Positions 1 through 13,163 of a DNA stretch of 64,000 nucleotides are shown in pieces. The DNA is from Podarcis cretensis (taxonomy: Eukaryota): assembly GCA_951804945.1 (NCBI GenBank), contig OX638158.1, forward strand, positions 31,806,001 through 31,870,000, read 5' to 3'. The notes below the pieces were generated by a model that was given only the letters and a program-made list of their open reading frames with translations, did not search any database and had not been told where the DNA came from. The position numbers and the translations under genes were made by a program. The stretch's first letter is position 1; every line of letters starts with the position of its first letter.

Positions 1-32
1 GCTCCAATAACAAATGCATCTAGCGAAGAAAG
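1..32 (-). CDS. SLC25A17: Peroxisomal carrier PMP34, coding exon 7 (partial, truncated by window edge)
   Basis: Minus strand reads acttacag|CTT TCT TCG CTA GAT GCA TTT GTT ATT GGA = LSSLDAFVIG, matching PMP34 LSSLDVFIIG; phase 0 follows exon 6. Confidence 0.9.
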
Positions 33-178
33 CTGTAAGTGTAAATAAAGAAAAGTTTATACGCCTGCAGAAAGAAATCTAGCAATATATGAATTTAACA
101 AAGTGAATAAAGGAAAAGGTTTCATAGGACCAACGTTTAAAGTTTAACTTAAATTCTTTGCAGGCCTTGGAATCTCAC

Positions 179-324
179 CTGCAGTTGCCTCTTCAGAATC
201 TTCCTCTTAAGTCCTTCATAGAACATGAACTGTATGGCAGGATTGAATACCAGGAGCAGCGAAGGAAAAGTACCATTCCACAAAGCTGAGATTCCTTCAT
301 CTCTTATTATCTGATGAAAGGCAT
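179..324 (-). CDS. SLC25A17: PMP34 coding exon 6
   Basis: [49 protein letters not shown]; flanked by AG and GTGAGA. Confidence 0.96.
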
Positions 325-1938
325 CTAATGGGAAGGATAAAGAAGCAGCAGGAATCTTTTAAGAATATTTAAGATACAGGACTCTTAAATATTCAACAAC
401 AGTTTGTGCGCAGAGGGAGAAACAAATTGCATATTTTGCCTATCAACTTGTAATACAGGGATGAGGAATATTTTTATTTTCTTTTCTATTGGTATCATTG
501 ATATACGGGGGGGGGGGGGGTCCATCAGGACCAAGATCTGACTATGACAAGGTCCTTTTGGGCAGTTTCTTTCCTGCCTTCCTTCCTCTGGGCTTCCCAA
601 AAACCTACCTATCTCCCTTCCTCTGGGCTTTTCCTTTCTTCCCCCACAGACCCTGCCAAAGCTTTACCATCTAGTGCCTGCAACAGTTATCCAATTCATT
701 GTTACCTCTCTCTTCCCACTCTTCTCACACACGTATGTACAAAAAGGTAACACAGCTTGTCCTTTGGCAAAAATCACCTGAAGAAAACACACATACACAG
801 TCCATACACATTTAAATGCACTGCCTGCCTGGAGAGCCAAGAGTGGGTTCACTTCAAAAAAACTGTTTATATTTTGTTGTTTTTTACAACTATCTTGATA
901 CGAAAAGCAAAGGATGTCCAATATAGTAAAGCAAATAAATATATCAAGCCACATGCACTGGAATTGGCAGTGCTATGCACACTTACTTGGGTAAGTTCTG
1001 TTTTAATTAATTGTGACTTACATCAGAGTAAACATGGTATTCTCTCTTCCCAATTACTTTCCGTACCAGAAGCTTGCAGCTGAACCCAATCTTGTAGCGT
1101 AAGCTATGTCATTTCAAATATTCTGCTCATCCTCTTAATCCATCCCAGTCCTCAAGATGTTGCTCTAATGTATTCTCACACAGTTATGGGGACTAAGTGA
1201 AATGATAGGATACTATGGTGAGCATTCTTATCACAAGCAGCAATCACTTAGTTCACCCAGAACATGTTTTGTAATGGAACGTGTTTTGTAATGTAATCAT
1301 GGCAACCATACCTTCAAAAACTCTGAACACAACAACAGGTAATCTAGGAGACCTGATTCCAATACTGATTGGCAGTTTTCCCACCAATAAAACACCACCA
1401 CGGAACCTCCCTCCCATTTCTAAGCTGTTTTGCAATTTAAACTATCAGGGCTGATTGTCCAGTTAGCACAAGGACTTCTGCCTGTACTAAAGGAAAGTCC
1501 ACTCCCTCTCCTCTCCCCACACTCCTCCCCAAATCTTCTCCAGCGAGTTGGGGGAAACCCCAGGACTTATTTGGGGGCCTTAGACTGCATACACAGAGAA
1601 TATGAAGTCATTGTGCTACTGGGATCACATTGTTGGAAACCAACCCCATTTCATTTAAAAAAAAAAGTTGGGGACAGATGACTATTAAATGTATTAATAT
1701 TTATGTGGCACTTTCTGATTTAATTTTTAAAAGGGGAGAGACTGGATTGAGCATAGGAGAACAGAAAAGAGTGATGGCTGAGTCAGTGTTGGATATGCTG
1801 GCACACATGTTTAATTTCAGTTACAGTTAGACTCATCCCATCTCAGAGTAATACACTATAAACTTTCTTACTGTTATATGTCTTTCCTGATTATCTAATA
1901 GCTCACTGTTTTAAAAGGGGTTGTATCTATAAACTGAA

Positions 1939-2007
1939 GTGCCTGGCGTGCTCTGGTCCATCGGGTCACGAAGAATTGGACACGACTAAACAACTAAACA
2001 ACAACAA
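1939..2007 (+). mobile_element. BovB (RTE LINE) extreme 3' fragment
   Basis: GGGTCACGAAGAATTGGACACGACTAAACAACTAAACAACAACAA tail; 14-bp TSD ATCTATAAACTGAA at 1925-1938 and 2008-2021. Confidence 0.85.
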
Positions 2008-2129
2008 ATCTATAAACTGAACAGCAAAAGAGCTGCCCATAGCATCCATTTTGTAAATGAAAGCCTTCAGTCCACAAATCTACCAAAAAGTACCAATGCA
2101 AACTAACAGAAATGACAACAAATGCCTAC

Positions 2130-2246
2130 CTGCAACGCCTTTGTAGTTAGTCGGCACAATGTCTTCATTTCTGAATTTGGCCCCCTGGAGTTTCAGACGT
2201 GTATTCACTACCCAGAGTGGAGTAGTCAACAATACATTCACAATAC
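2130..2246 (-). CDS. SLC25A17: PMP34 coding exon 5
   Basis: [38 protein letters not shown]; carrier PxxxxxxR motif; AG/GTAGGC; 117 nt. Confidence 0.96.
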
Positions 2247-2862
2247 CTAAGACAACAGAAACAAAAAGTTGAGTAAAAAGAGCCCTAATATTTTAAAAAG
2301 CAGGTTTAATCTTCATGTACAAAAATGATCCAATGTACATAATAATTAAGATATATAGAAAAGTACAATGCCTCCCCACCCCACCCCCCAAAAACCCAGA
2401 AGACACATATTCTGAAATCTTATACTGAGGATTTTGGTCTAATTTCTGCACCATACTAATAGCTGGCAGAATGCCTTGTGAGGATACACACAAATTGCTT
2501 AAGCAAGCAGGAAAAGCAAGTTTATTTTCATAACAGGGTACACACCTTAGTGCTCACAAATAACTTCCCTGGATTGATGCAAGCCTCCCACATTCATCTA
2601 GGTCATGGAATCATGTACTTCTTAATGAAGATCAGAATTGCCAAATTATTTTTAAAAAGTAATGCTTCAAGAGGCTGTGTGTCAGGTTTAGATTTTACCT
2701 ATGTTTTTCTATCCACTACAAGTTACATGCATTTGAGTAATATAAATTATAATAATAAGGCAGCATAGGTAGCATAAAAAGTGCATGCATGGAATGTAAT
2801 AAACTGGTTCAACCCCTTAAAATCTTAGCAGATTTGTACCACAACTGATAGGGTTCTATTAC

Positions 2863-3014
2863 CTGCAACCACCCCGAGAATCAAGTCTTTTCCTGTGGTT
2901 GAATGATGTCCTTTGACCCAAACAGCTTTTAAACTGTTAAATGTATAGAAATAGACGAAGTTGGAACAACAAAGGCTGGAGATGACAGGAAACCACCCTC
3001 GATATGGTGCCAGG
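2863..3014 (-). CDS. SLC25A17: PMP34 coding exon 4
   Basis: [50 protein letters not shown]; AG/GTAATA; 152 nt. Confidence 0.97.
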
Positions 3015-3609
3015 CTAAGGAACAAGCAATAAAAGCAAAAAGTAACTATCATGCAATCACCAAATAAGCAAGAAATAAAGCAACAGATCTGCAGCCTAAT
3101 CCAGAACCTGGGAAGTCATAGTGTTTGCCTACAAAAATAAGTATTTATAAGCAGGTACAACAAAGTATATTTTAACAATCAGAATCCTACACACACTTAC
3201 TTGGGAATAACTCTAAATGAATTCAGTGCTACTTACTTATGAATAAATGAGCAAATAACTAGAGACGTTTTACTGATGGATAGGATGGGGAGAAACAACA
3301 GTACCAGTGTCCCAAGGTTCCCTAGCAGAAATAGTTCCTTGTCATATTATGCATGCTTCTTAAACTGACAGTTACAACAACTGTTCCCTATAATAATTAA
3401 GAAGATTATTCAGTTCACACTGAGGGCCTTAAAGATGCCTGCATGTGTCCAGAAGCATCTGGTTGGGGGAACTGGTTTTGACAGGTGTTTCAGCCCTTTC
3501 CAAAGGCTGGAACGGGATTGCAGCGGTATTTCCTACAACGGGAATAGTTGATCTCTCGTTTTTACAGTGTTTTGAATTACAATACAAATATGACATCAAC
3601 TTGCTTGTA

Positions 3610-3851
3610 CAGTGGTACCTCAGGTTAAGTACTTAATTCGTTCCTGAGGTCCGTACTTAACCTGAAACTGTTCTTAACCTGAAGCACCACTTTAGCTAAT
3701 GGGGCCTCCCACCTCTGCCACGCTGCCGGAGCCTGATTTCTGTTCTCATCCTGAAGCAAAGTTCTTAATCTGAAGCACTATTTCTGGGTTAGCGGAGTCT
3801 GTAACCTGAAGTGTATGTAACCTGAAGCGTCTGTAACCTGAGGTACCACTG
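3610..3851. mobile_element. Tc1/pogo-type MITE family A, copy 1
   Basis: TIR CAGTGGTACCTCAGGTTA, TA target duplication, internal TAACCTGAAG repeats. Confidence 0.9.
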
Positions 3852-4338
3852 TACTGTACTTTCTAAGTAATTCCCATTTTTCAACCAGTCACTTTTATTA
3901 GATCACAAAAGGACAAGGATTGGACTCCCTACTCCCACTTCCAAATTACAATCTGTGGCAGCAAGTTTCTAATCAGTATTTGAAAGGACTGGTTTTCAAA
4001 AGCATGCCCTTGGTTTCTACACATTTTATGTACAACAAGAGTTACAGAGGCTATAGAAAGGCCTGCTATTAATCACTGGACTCTCCCCTTTCTAATGAAG
4101 GAGTTTGCCTTAAGATAACCCAAAAGACTTAAGCCTTTGTGACTAAAAAAGATTGCACTCTGTTTTTTTTTAAGCTTTGTTGCAAAGGAGCTCATACATT
4201 TTAGTGTAGAACTCAATACCCCTCAAATATTGGGCAAATTAAGAAACTACAATATGTGAAGTACAGGGAGAAAGACGTGATGAATGCTCAACATTTGTGA
4301 ATATTCACATACTGCTTGTTACAAGGTTCTATACTTAC

Positions 4339-4405
4339 ATGCCCTCTTCTTTTATTATCTCCAAGAGAACTTTGTGGGTTCTTTTAGATTTGCGTTTTTC
4401 ATCAA
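4339..4405 (-). CDS. SLC25A17: PMP34 coding exon 3
   Basis: [22 protein letters not shown]; AG/GTAAGT; 67 nt. Confidence 0.95.
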
Positions 4406-5108
4406 CTGGAAGACAATAAGACATTGTACACAAAGGGTAAACATAACATATATTTGAATATTAGGGCAATACATTGATTAGTGCAAGCAGAACATCGCAA
4501 AATAGTGTGCAAACTTTTGAGTTTCTCAGAACTTTGTATTAGCTGATTGGCACTGAAAGTGCATCTTCAAAGGAGGTTGTTGCAATAATAATCCATAATC
4601 CACTGACTGGCAATTACAGTAACCTCCTTGGAACTTTGACAGTGATGTCACCTGACATCATTATGCTCCCACCCACCCATCAAAAGATGGCATGTATGGG
4701 GTGGGGAAGATCCAGCTGTTCATCACTGGGTTAGATAGTCAATAGAGTACATACGAGAGGGGCAAAAAAAGTTGGTGAAGTCAAGGAGGGTGCATCTGGT
4801 CAGTCTCAAGATGCTTTGAAGGTGCAGTCTGAAACCTGCTGAGAACCTATCAGAGTTTCATCTGACTATCTGGTTTCTCGTCCTACACATCATTTCAAGA
4901 CTGACCAGACATAGATTTTATAAGCCAACTTTGTTAGCTCCCTCCACTCTACTTTTACTATCTAGCCTGGTTAAAAGTTATGAAGAAATATTTCACACTA
5001 TTATTGTTGACCTAATGAAGGCATTGTCCGAATATGGATTTTGACATTTTCTTATGGGCCCAGATGAATATCTTTATTTCTTAGATTACTTAGTACAACT
5101 TTGCTTAC

Positions 5109-5169
5109 CTTGAAGTCTTAGTCTAGCTGTATCCAGGGGGAAAAACACAGTCATTGCAGTCATGCTACC
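5109..5169 (-). CDS. SLC25A17: PMP34 coding exon 2
   Basis: GSMTAMTVFFPLDTARLRLQ with the Px[DE]xx[KR]xR carrier signature; AG/GTAAGC; 61 nt. Confidence 0.96.
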
Positions 5170-6439
5170 CTAAAAAGTTTAAAAATAAAGTTAACTTTAC
5201 TGTACCACATGGGGTTTTTTTTGTACAAATCTGTAAGAAGGCTAGAACAATGATTAATAAATATCTGAGCAAAAAAGCCTTGAAGTATTTCTGTATTTGA
5301 ATGAACTTCTTGTTAAAAACGCAGGTTTTTGCAAGATAAACAGCTTTTAAAAAGTCTTTAAAAATTGACAAGGAAAAGAAAATTCCATTTGATAACTATG
5401 AGTTTTACTTTCACTTTGAATTACAATTCTCATCATCCCTGACCACTGGTCATGCTGGTCTAGAGTTGAATGGAACCCAAAACATCTGGAGGGCACAGTC
5501 AGCTTTTCCCTACACTTGGTTCTGAAAGTACCAGTAGCCTTAATGCAGGCAGTGGGACACATTTGTAAATGTGTTTTCTTTGTTTAGGTTAGGCCCCATA
5601 TGCATGTTATGGCACTCCCAAGTTATATTCTTCAAAAATTCAGATCCTTCTCATGTGGAAAGGACTTAGGGGCAGCCCCATCCACAACTAAACAACACCA
5701 ATTTGCATTTAACACATATCTAAGCAGCTGCTATTTGGAGCAGGAAGTACCCTAATTTCTTTATGAATTATCAAGACTTCTCAGACATGGTTAGGGAAGG
5801 GCTTGAAATTTGTGTTTTAAATCTTATAAAGTCTTTAAAGAAATTAAAATGTTGCGCTGAAAGCCTCGTCAGTGGGCAAATAAAACAGCTCAACTTCACT
5901 CCAATTGCTGCTCCACCTTTACAAGTCTGAACAATGTATTAGTGGGATGGGTAGATGAAGACTAGTAATGATTGACTGCACCTTCAACAAGTTACACAAA
6001 CTAATTGATCCTCTCAGTACTAAGGCTGCAGGCATCAATGTAAAAGTATTAAGCTGTATATTGAGGACAAGTCGTCCCACAAAGTTTATTATTTACAAAT
6101 GTATCCTAACCCAGTGATAACAGAATGTTATGGACAAAGTACAGGGGGGAAATCTGCACAGTTCCAAGAACTACAGTATCTGGTTTTCAATAAAGAATCT
6201 GGTGTCTGCTAGAATCCTGAGGATCACATTTCTCAAAGAATGTATAGCCTTTGTGACTGTGAAGATAATTTCTAGACAAGTAGCAATTTCTGCTAGAGAC
6301 TTTTTAATCGTTTAAGTAGGAAGCAGCATGCAGGAATAAATTGCCAGTTCTCACAATGGAAAGATGTAAGAAATGGGGTCCCCCATCATGGGCATAGCCA
6401 GGATTTATTGGGGGGCAGGTTTTACGTTGGGGACAGGAT

Positions 6440-6545
6440 TCAAAATTAGCAGGGTGCCAGGTGCATTTTGCGCCTAAAGAGTCTCCATTTGTGAGCACCT
6501 CAAAAAGTCTAGGTGCCATTTTTTGTGCCTGGCTTACACTCAAGG
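6440..6545 (+). repeat. Unclassified dispersed repeat; inverted copy at ~19677-19788
   Basis: Core GGTGCCATTTTTTGTGCCTGGCTTACACTCAAGG matches the reverse complement of CCTTGAGTATCAGCCAGGCACAAAAAATGGCACC. Confidence 0.6.
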
Positions 6546-7169
6546 ATTACTGAAATGCATGTGTTTTGAAGCCACGAAGTATATGTTAAGGATAGACAAT
6601 ATGTTAAGGCATTTAACAAGAGTAGAGTACTTTGAAAACTGAAGTTTGGTAGCAATATTTTTTATTGTAAACACAAAATTAAACATGTATTAACAATTTC
6701 TGTTAAAAATGTGATATTAACAATGTGTCACTAATGTGAACTGTGTATTAGTTCATGCTTATCAAAATAATAAATAAAAAGTGTGGCCAACCCCCCTCAC
6801 CCCAAAATGGTGACTAGACATTCTGTTTTGGTGCCCTTAACCCAGGTCCCAAGAGCCATTTGGCTCCAACTTTTCCATCCCAGTTTCTAACACTGGTTGG
6901 GGAGCAGATCCAAGTTATCTGTGATGCAATTAATCAGTTGGTTAAGTATTCTTATTTATTTACTTGATTGGAGGGCCAGCTGCCACCCTGCCATGCCCAT
7001 GTCCCTCCTGCATCTGTATTGGGACCACTGCTTTATAACTTGTTTATATTTATGAATCTGTGATTTTTGTATCTCCTCCATCCTCCCAAAAAAGAGCACA
7101 GGACAGCAAACATAAAACAGTATGCCTACAAGCTAGATAGAGCCTTCTGCTGAGTGAGCCAACAATGCT

Positions 7170-8000
7170 GACCAAAGAGCTATCAGGCTGGGAGTGGGGG
7201 GATATTTACATCTACCCCCAAGCTTAGGCTCTAAGCACCATTCACTGAGAAGGTGACCTTGCATTGAGAGATGTGAGGGAGTGCAACCCTGCTCTTTTTT
7301 ATTGGGCTTGGTGGCTTGCAACACCATTAATGATGGTATTCTTTTGAAGTGGCTCAAGAAGGTGGGGGCTGGGGCACTGTACTTTAGTGATTCTGCCTCT
7401 ATCTCCAGACTATTTGCAGAAAGCAGTTGTGGGGGAATAATTTATGGAAGCTTTCTTGTGGTGTGCCCCAGGATCGCATCTTTTCCCCATTCTGTTTAAC
7501 ATTTATATGAACTGTCTTCAATAGTTTTGGAGTGAAGTGTTACCCATATGCAGATGACACCCAGTTCTATCTCCTTGTTAACTTAGAATCAGTAGAGGTG
7601 GCCAAGGTACTAGATGGGTGTTTGGGGGTAGTGATGGGCTGAATGTGGGCCAACAAATCAAAACTGACTCCAGAAAAAACAGAGGTGTTATGTGTTTCAA
7701 TTCTTAAGTCCAGGAGGTGAAAAGATGACCTGCTCTTGACAGGGTTGCAGTCTTATAGAAGGAGGTTTGTCACCTGGGGGTACTCCTGGATTGCCACTTG
7801 AGACCCAGGTGGCTAGGTGTGTCTGCTTCCAGCTCCATCTTGTTTGCCAGCTATGGTCCCTTTTGAACAGAGATCACTGGGTCACGGCACTCCACACTCT
7901 GGCAACTTCCGCATGTGATTGCTGGAATGCACTCTATGTGGGGCAGTTTTTGGCAAATGTTAAAGGCACACCTTTTTACCTTGGGCTTTGTTAGCAGAGG
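7170..8000 (+). mobile_element. Decayed L2/CR1-clade LINE reverse-transcriptase fragment
   Basis: Degenerate GVPQG..ILFNIYM (~7460-7510) and YADDTQ (7547-7564) motifs; many frameshifts; boundaries approximate. Confidence 0.75.
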
Positions 8001-8989
8001 TATATATTTTCAGGACCCAACCTATTATTGCAACAATATGGATAGATACAAAACACAGACTATGAAATAATATGTAGCTGGAAATGTGGACAATAAGACC
8101 CATGGAAGGGATGGGGGGAAGTCGTGAGATTCAGAGAATTCTCATTTTATGGATATGTATCTGTAACTAATTTTCATTTGTTTTATCTGTTTTTAATTTT
8201 TAATTTTAAATTGTTGTAATCTGCCCTGATCTTGTACGAGAAATCTGTGCAGTTGACCAGAGTCAGGTTTGCCAGCTGCATCCAGCCTCAAAATTACTAG
8301 TATCAAAGAAAATATTTACCATTTAGACAGTTGTGGAACAAAAAGCTGAAAAAGCAGGGAAGAGAGAAAAAAAAGGATAATCCTGGCATCCCAATACAGC
8401 ACAAAGTGATTGGGTATAAGCAACCTATTTCTAGGTTACTACAAATATTGATCCTGTAGCTGAGACTGAAACATAAAGGACAATTCCCCAACCCTTTTAC
8501 ACTTTCTGAACTACTGTCCCTCTTTGATTTTGCTTCTGCAGCTCAACAGCAAGTTTGGACATATGATTGTCCCCAGACAGGTATTTTAATCCCAAGCAGA
8601 AAACCCTGGCAGGCGAGTATAGGCAATCTAAGTGATAGTTTAACAACAGAAAGTGCACCCGATAGGACAGTTCACCTGTAGCATCTTATTCCAGGGGCGA
8701 AGAGAATTACCCCATAACCACACCGTAACAGTAACGATCATAGCAATACACACCCCCCAAAAACCGTGAGGGAGAGGAATACAGAAGCGGTAAAACCCAC
8801 CCCATTCTCATTTAGCAGGGCACCACCGACGACGACTATACTAATTGGGGGCACGCAAAATCATACAGTGGCCGTTTGTATTCACTCGGAGCGGCACGGA
8901 CTACTTGAGAGGGACCCACTAGGACAGAAATTGGTGCGCGTGGGGGGGGGGAATCTCTGCCCCGAATACTCATCCCAAGGCGACCAGGT

Positions 8990-9590
8990 GCAGTTTACCA
9001 CCTAACACGAGAGGCGAGTGAGCCCAGCAGCCCCCGGAGCCCAGCCTTGGAGCCCCCACTAACGCACCACCTCCGCTGCAGCAGTCAAACTCACCACAGC
9101 CCCCGCCACAGCGTGGACCAAGCTCTCGTAAGAAAACACCACGGCCATGGCTGAACCTCCGGCGCCGCGGGAGCCAAGGAAGCGCTGGACAAGGAAGAGC
9201 GGGCGTCTCCGTCACCGCCCCGCTCCATGTCACTCGGCGTCACGTGGCTCCAGCGCCGCCGCGACGTCGTTTCTGCCAGCTCCGCACCTATCAGGCGGCG
9301 GCTCGTAATACCTCGGCGCAGGTGGGAGGGCTCGCCCGGCAGAAGGAGCGCTATTCGCCGGCTGCCGCCCCCCCCCCGGCAAGGCAGAAAGGGGCGTGTC
9401 CTCCTTACTCCGGCTCAGGCGCGCGGGTTTCGGCTGACGGGGGTTACGGCCGTTTCGGTTGGCTGAAAAGGGTTCTTCCGTCAACGGCTGGCGCGCAATG
9501 AGTGAGAGGGCTGGGAATACGTGAGAGGGGCAGAGCAGCTCGAAGCAGGCTGGTTTGCGGAGGGGCAGGCGCAGCCGCGTCCAAAGGGTG
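8990..9590. promoter_or_regulatory. SLC25A17 CpG-island promoter; E-box GTCACGTG near 9239-9246
   Basis: High GC and CpG density around exon 1; GC boxes; GGCGTCACGTGGC motif. Confidence 0.75.
9095..9148 (-). CDS. SLC25A17: PMP34 coding exon 1
   Basis: gccATGG Kozak context; MAVVFSYESLVHAVAGAV then GTGAGT donor; inside a CpG island. Confidence 0.96.
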
Positions 9591-9592
9591 TA

Positions 9593-9807
9593 CAGTGGTA
9601 CCTCGGGTTACATACGCTTCAGGTTACAGACTCCGTTAACCCAGAAATAGTGCTTCAGGTTAAGAACTTTGCTTCAGAAATCGTGCTCCGGCGGCGCGGC
9701 AGCAGCAGGAGGTCCCATTAGCTAAAATGGTGCTTCAGGTTAAGAATAGTTTCAGGTTAAGTACGGACCTCCGGAACGAATTAAGTACTTAACCCGAGGT
9801 ACCACTG
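9593..9807. mobile_element. MITE family A, copy 2 (edge of SLC25A17 promoter)
   Basis: TA-CAGTGGTACCTCGGGTTA ... TAACCCGAGGTACCACTG-TA. Confidence 0.9.
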
Positions 9808-10310
9808 TACAGCGAGGGCAGGCAGTAAAACTTTGCCCGGCAAGTCCTGTCAGGCCCGCAGGAGAGAGTGAGCACCCGCAGAAAAGAAGCCTTGGCAGGG
9901 AAAGGCAAAACCCGAGGGCGCTGCAGTTTGGCCTTTATCTATTTTAAACTTCTGCGAGATGGCCTTGGGTGTGGCTGCTCCGCCGCTTCCATTGGCACAC
10001 CTACAAGTGCCACACAATACCCGATCTGCATTTGTAGGAACAAGTGGGGAAAGTTGCGCTCAAGCCTCCCATGCTTTCAGGCTTCCCATGAGCCACTTAT
10101 GTGAAAACTGGACATTGGACCAGGTGGGCCTTTGGGCTCATTCAGCAGGCTCTTGTATTCTGATTTGCCTTAGATTTCCCCTCATCGACAACAGGATTCT
10201 AGACTGCTTCCAGATTGGCGAGATTGTAACTGCTGAGATAACTTAAAAGAAGCTGCAGAAGGAGAAGAATCTTTATTTGCATCAGCCACTAGCCATAGCA
10301 CTAAAGGGAT

Positions 10311-10588
10311 GACTCACGCCCTGGCCAGCACTTCTTTAATCTCCTACCTTTGGGTAGGAGATACAGACATATAGTCAGCCGCACCAACAGGTTAAAGAAC
10401 AGTTTTTATCCGTGGGCTGTTGGGCTGCTGAATGTGAAAAAATAGTGGTGTAATTGACTTCCGACAAGCACACAGAGCGTGAACAAGACTGAGTGTATGG
10501 AGGGGGGGCTCGTTTGATTTCACTGCACACAGGTAGTGTGGTGACAATAAAGGATTATTATTATTAATGATTATTTTTATTATTATTA
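10311..10588 (+). mobile_element. Rex1/Babar-like LINE 3' end
   Basis: Translates as PGQHFFNLLPLGRRYRHIVSRTNRLKNSFYPWAVGLLN*, resembling the Rex1 ORF2 C-terminus; followed by AATAAA and an (ATT)n tail. Confidence 0.75.
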
Positions 10589-10878
10589 CTGAAGATAGAG
10601 GTAAAAACTTAACTATAGAAAATACATTGGGGGGGGGTTACATCTTATTCTAATTGCCTCCGCTAAAAACATTGCAGTTTTTGCTGTCACCTGATCATCT
10701 TGATCTGCTAAAAGAAAAGACACCGTAGCAATGGTTGAGCAACCCAGCATGGACAATAATAGAGGGGTAATAACCCCTCCAACTTAAAACCTGGAATAGC
10801 TTCGCATGAATTTGTTTTAAGGCTTATATAAGCACCACTTATGCAATACTTAACAAAAAAGATTATTCAAAACCACTC

Positions 10879-10884
10879 TTTATT
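10879..10884 (-). terminator. ST13: Candidate ST13 polyadenylation signal
   Basis: AATAAA on the minus strand about 1.45 kb downstream of the stop codon, followed by U-rich sequence. Confidence 0.45.
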
Positions 10885-12335
10885 GTTTTTAAAGGCAACT
10901 AGAAGTATTTTCAGAACTAATTCTTAAGCAAAAATGGATTCATATTTTTTTCATTCAATGAGATTATTATTGTATGAAGAAAAAAAACTTTCTGGAGTTT
11001 ATTTTTAGAAGTGAGTTCCTAAATCTGTCCAGATTTAAACAAACAGAAAGCATACATCACTTATGGGTTCAGACAAAATTACAAGAGCACAGAACAGGAA
11101 ACATTCAAAAGCCCTAGAAGAGACCAAGACGTAATTATAACAAGGTTTTCAACATTAAGAGCGGGAATCAAAATTTTAGTAGAGAGAAAATAACAGATTT
11201 AATTGTATTAGTTATCAATGAACATTTCAGCAAAGTGTCCAATGAATACACATGCTGTAATTATACTGAAGATTTGCCATTCCAACAAAGGTCTTCCTTC
11301 TCTTCCTTTCAACTCAAGCTCCACAAGTATCAATGTGATAGTATGACAAACAACCCCCCACCCTATAAAAATCAGTATTTGATACTCTTAACTAGGATAT
11401 ATGGAAATAGGGAAGTACTCAGCTGCAAAAGATATGTAAGGTTCTGGCAAAAGATATGTAAGTTCATTAGAGCTTCCATGAAATGAGAATCCAGAACTTC
11501 ACCAATCTTAAGATCTATGCTGTATATATTCATTCTGAATTATTTAAAGAATGAATACAACCAATTTGTTTTCCTCCTACAATATTAGGAAATTAAACCA
11601 AGAATAATGTTCAATAGTTACAGAAAGGCTCCTACCTTTTGATGTTATTCAGCTGACTAATGTTAATAAAAACATTTGCCCCCTACACAACTTGACAGAG
11701 ACAATTAACAAGTTAATTGGCTCAACATTGATTGTATAAGTAGTCCAGCCTCAACAGCATTTGTACCAACATATTAAAAGCCTAACCCACTGCTGCAGGG
11801 ATCTGATCTGTGAAGAATCTGATTGTAACTATTTAAGTCACCCTTGTGAATATATAAAAAAGAATATTAATTGTGTATTATTTCTTCCAGTTAAAATAAA
11901 AAATACTGATCCTCACTTATGTTAGAACTTAAAAATTGTTACAAGCTTTCACAAAGGAGTTCAGTTACAGGGAAACAGAAACCCAACACTATTACTTTAA
12001 AAAAACCAAGAAACCAGACGCCCCTCCGAGAATAGCCCCCCCCCCCAACACATTTTGGTACAATCTACTGGAAGATTACAATTAATAAAAATTTAAAAGA
12101 AACTGCACTACTGTTGAGTAAGACAAACTCCTGGGCAAAGGTGCTGAGAGGAGGAAATGTATTTTTTTTGAAATAAAACCTGAATACAATCAAACTGACT
12201 GCCATTTCTGAAGCACGGAGGGAGGGAGGAGGACAAGGGATTCTAGCCAGAGCACCATAATTCTCTTCTGAGAATTATAGGTACAATGGTTTGTGTTATT
12301 GCAACATCCCCCACCTCTTGCAATGGATGGGGATT

Positions 12336-12464
12336 TTAGGGTTGATTTCCAAATTTGGCTGATAGTTTGCCAATGAGATTCATGACTTTGGGGTTATTCT
12401 GGTACTTTGACATGTTTGCTGGGTTCTGTGCAACATCCTGGAAAGCTGCCATGACTTCTGGATC
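12336..12464 (-). CDS. ST13: Hsc70-interacting protein (Hip), coding exon 12 (STI1/DP domain, stop)
   Basis: [45 protein letters not shown]. Confidence 0.97.
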   Translation of the reverse strand, partial: DPEVMAAFQDVAQNPANMSKYQNNPKVMNLIGKLSAKFGNQP

Positions 12465-13163
12465 CTGTAAAACAAAAAGGGGGGAAATGGCTTGTACTGT
12501 TGTATGAAATTAAGTGGGCTTTCATATCCATGTTAAGGCCACAATACAATAAAAAATCAAGTATGATAAACCTTAGTGGTATGGGAACTAAGTGTTCTTA
12601 ACTATGGATGCTGCAACGTGTCTGTGTGAGGAGCCTGGAGAGAGGCCAAGTCTGTTGCCGTGACATTAACTATATGCTAGTTGTTGTTGGCATCCATCTG
12701 TCTTGAGAGACAATGGAGTACATCTTTGGGGGTGAAGTCAAACCTCTGTGTTAGCAGCACTGAAGTGACCTCACTGGGATGCAAACCTAGGCAATGTATA
12801 TGGAGGTCCTGGGCTGTCCAGATGACAAGAGCCCCTCTCAGCCTCAAGAACAATTATATAAAAATTGTAAAAAATTATATAAAAATTAATATAAAAATAT
12901 ATAAAAACAACTATATAAACATTGTATTCAAAGGCTGTTTAGGCACATCAAGTGATATTTCTTGCAGTTAAGATTCCTCTTGTTAAGAAGTGTCATTTGT
13001 TACCTTGAGGGCATTTTTAAAGCAGAATAAAAATGACTGAAAATAAATCAATGTTGGAATAATCAACTATTTGGGGGAAGAGAGAATAAGCACAACTCAT
13101 ATGAAGAATCAGGGCTCCATAAATCTCTCAGTCATCATTGTTTTACTTGTTCTATGTTCTCAC

